Positions 62,282 through 64,000 of a DNA stretch of 64,000 nucleotides are shown in pieces; position 1 is the stretch's first letter, and every line of letters begins with the position of its first letter. Under the pieces are notes generated by a model. That model saw only the letters and a program-made list of their open reading frames with translations, searched no databases and was not told where the DNA came from. The stretch is from NCBI GenBank assembly GCA_963832055.1, contig CAWHST010000005.1, positions 484,285 through 548,284 of the forward strand. The letters run 5' to 3'. This DNA is from an uncultured Gemmatimonadales bacterium. Lineage in GTDB: Bacteria > Gemmatimonadota > Gemmatimonadetes > Gemmatimonadales > GWC2-71-9. The translations under genes were made by a program, and so were the position numbers.

Positions 62282-62760
62282 TCGAGCGAGCTGTACCCCC
62301 CGCGATAGTAGAGCAGCGGCCGGCCTTCACCGGTCGCTCCGCCGATCACCCGCCCGATGACGAGGGTGTGGTCGCCCGCGGGGTAGTTGGCGAAGCGGTC
62401 GCACTCGAGATGCGCCAGGGTGCCGTCGAGCAGCACCAGCCCCTCCGGGCTGCGGTGATAGCCCACCCCGTCGAAGCGGTCGTCGTGCTGGTCGGCGAAC
62501 CGGCGCGAGAGCACCTCCTGCCCGCTCTCCAGAATGTTCACCACGAAGACCGGCGCGGCGAGGATCGCGTCGTGCAGCTCGGCCTTGTGGTCCACGCACA
62601 CCGAGACGAGCGGCGGCACCAGGGAGACCGACGCGAGGCTGCTGGCGGTCATCCCCAACGGGCGGGAGTCGGGACCGTTCACGGTGAGAATCGTGACCCC
62701 GGTGGCGAAGCGCCCCATGAGCTCGCGAAACCGGGCGGGATCGACGGCGGTGGGGCTCAG
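62278..62760 (-). CDS. Flavin reductase family protein (NAD(P)H-flavin oxidoreductase, HpaC-like); the start is unresolved
   Basis: ORF 62278..62931. DPARFRELMGRFATGVTILTV...GMTASSLASVSLVPPLVSVCV...GDHTLVIGRV. No ATG/GTG/TTG lies between the upstream gene stop (62757) and the conserved N-terminus. A CTG at 62758-62760 or an undetected indel is possible. Confidence 0.8.
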   Translation of the reverse strand: MSPTAVDPARFRELMGRFATGVTILTVNGPDSRPLGMTASSLASVSLVPPLVSVCVDHKAELHDAILAAPVFVVNILESGQEVLSRRFADQHDDRFDGVGYHRSPEGLVLLDGTLAHLECDRFANYPAGDHTLVIGRVIGGATGEGRPLLYYRGGYSSLE

Positions 62761-63995
62761 AGCAGCATCCTGGCGAGAAAGACCGGGTTCAGCACCGCTC
62801 GCGCGGGGACGAAGTCGGCCGTCACACCGATCAGGGTGTGGGCCAGGCCCCGGCGGCCGATCCGGCCGACCGCGCGATCGAAGAGGGCGGGGAAGTTCAT
62901 CCCGTAGCCGATCAGCCGCTCGACCACCCACTTCCCGCCGAACTCGCGCCGGCGGGCGCGGCGATAGGGAGCGAGCGCGGCGGCGGTGACGCGGCCGCGG
63001 TGCGCCAATGCCGGCCGGACGGTCTCCGCCAGCAGCTCGGCGCCACGGAGCGCGCTGTAGATGCCTTCGCCGGTGAACGGATCGAAGAAGTCGGCCGCGT
63101 CGCCCACCAGGGCGGCGCCGCCGGCCACCACCCGGCCGGACCAGGCGGCGAACGGCCCGGTGGCGAGCACCTCCCGGACCAGAGTCCCGCGGCGCACTCG
63201 CTCGCTCACGCCCGGAAACTCGGCGAGCGCCTCCATCAAGAACTCGTCCGCTCGCCCTCGGGCGCCGACCGCGCGTCCGGCCGGCACCACCAGGGCCACG
63301 TTGGTGCGGCCCCCGCCGATCGGGTTGAGTCCCAGATACCCTCGCCGGCCCACGAACATCTCGGCCGAGTCGCCCATGCCCTCGACGCCATCCACGTGGG
63401 CGACGAAGGCGACTCGGCGGAGGCCGCCCTGGCGCCGCCGGCCGAGCCGGCGTCCGACCACCGATCTGAGGCCGTCCGCGCCGACGGTGAGGCGGGCGAC
63501 GATCGAACCCCGGTCGCCCCCGGGCATCCGGACCAACGCGCCCGCGATCCCGCCGGCATCGTGCAGCAGGGTCTCCACCGCGGTGCGCTCCAGCACCCGT
63601 ACGCCCGCCGCGCGCGCCGCTTCGAGCAGGCGATGGTCGAGGATGCGGCGCGAGACCGAGAGACCGGTCGGACGGAAGGGTCGGTGGCCGGCGAGAGCGA
63701 ACCGGCCCTGCAGCCGTGCTCCATCCGCCGCGGTGACCGAGCTTCCAGCGAGCGGCACCGCTCCCGCTTGCTCCAGCGCCACGACGACGCCAAGGCGGTC
63801 GAGGATGCGGACCGCCTCGGGGCTCATGTATTCGGAGCAGGCTTTGTCCCGGGGAAACGAGGCCCGGTCCACCATTACGACGGAGTGGCCGGAGGCCGCC
63901 AGCAGGAGCGCGGTCGCGCTGCCCGCAGGACCGGCGCCGACCACCAGCACGTCGGCCCGGGCGATCTCAGGCCAGGCGCTCGTACTCGAATCCAT
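62757..63995 (-). CDS. FAD-dependent oxidoreductase, geranylgeranyl reductase family
   Basis: Intact 412-aa ORF. Dinucleotide fold VLVVGAGPAGSATA, GADGLRS, and VGDAADFFDPFTGEGIYSAL. Confidence 0.88.
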   Translation of the reverse strand: MDSSTSAWPEIARADVLVVGAGPAGSATALLLAASGHSVVMVDRASFPRDKACSEYMSPEAVRILDRLGVVVALEQAGAVPLAGSSVTAADGARLQGRFALAGHRPFRPTGLSVSRRILDHRLLEAARAAGVRVLERTAVETLLHDAGGIAGALVRMPGGDRGSIVARLTVGADGLRSVVGRRLGRRRQGGLRRVAFVAHVDGVEGMGDSAEMFVGRRGYLGLNPIGGGRTNVALVVPAGRAVGARGRADEFLMEALAEFPGVSERVRRGTLVREVLATGPFAAWSGRVVAGGAALVGDAADFFDPFTGEGIYSALRGAELLAETVRPALAHRGRVTAAALAPYRRARRREFGGKWVVERLIGYGMNFPALFDRAVGRIGRRGLAHTLIGVTADFVPARAVLNPVFLARMLL

Positions 63996-64000
63996 CCAGG

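Overview
High-GC (roughly 70% by eye) bacterial chromosomal segment. I saw no rRNA, tRNA, CRISPR array, transposase or integrase. There are about 70 protein genes, mostly on the minus strand, packed into operons with many ATGA/GTGA start-stop overlaps. Content in order:

- 1-8.6 kb: ABC-transporter-dependent glycan export cluster (Wzt/Wzm, two GT2, one GT4, a secreted protein), running straight into nth, polX and a hypothetical gene.
- 8.6-16.5 kb: hydrolase, GAF/fRMsr-like protein, M28-PDZ and M42 peptidases, GNAT, BtuF-like binding protein, OPT peptide transporter.
- 16.7-19.5 kb: small membrane proteins, PBP4 (dacB-like), a repeat-rich lipoprotein.
- 19.5-27.8 kb: acyl-CoA dehydrogenase plus a methionine/one-carbon cluster (MetF-like, fused homocysteine methyltransferase-MTHFR, cobalamin-dependent metH with a 343-nt leader).
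- 27.8-36.9 kb: yggT, acyl-ACP desaturase, GNAT, thioredoxin 2, YfcC-type carrier, cutA, P5C dehydrogenase, lipoproteins.
- 37.0-46.4 kb: a complete pqqABCDE operon. The 24-aa pqqA is too short for the ORF track. The operon is preceded by a sigma54-type promoter, tandem palindromic upstream sites and an adjacent histidine kinase/NtrC-type regulator pair. It is followed by a translationally coupled ABC-2 exporter.
- 46.5-50.3 kb: TPR protein and a 2.7-kb M16 peptidase.
- 50.3-55.6 kb: AdoMetDC-like protein, CDP-alcohol phosphatidyltransferase, OsmC, DsbA-like protein, kup.
- 55.9-58.9 kb: STAS protein, receiver protein, ccmABCD.
- 59.0-64.0 kb: aquaporin and a KAS/SRPBCC/methyltransferase/flavin reductase/GGR-like operon that runs off the window.

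Two observations cut across the window. First, about 50 reading-frame disruptions hit clearly conserved genes between 13.9 and 62 kb, and I found none in the first 13.8 kb. They sit mostly at short G/C or A runs, so many genes below are reconstructed across frames. Second, there are three families of long intergenic hairpin repeats, two of which have arms built from tandem 7-8-mers. All coordinates come from hand translation. Starts are less certain than stops.
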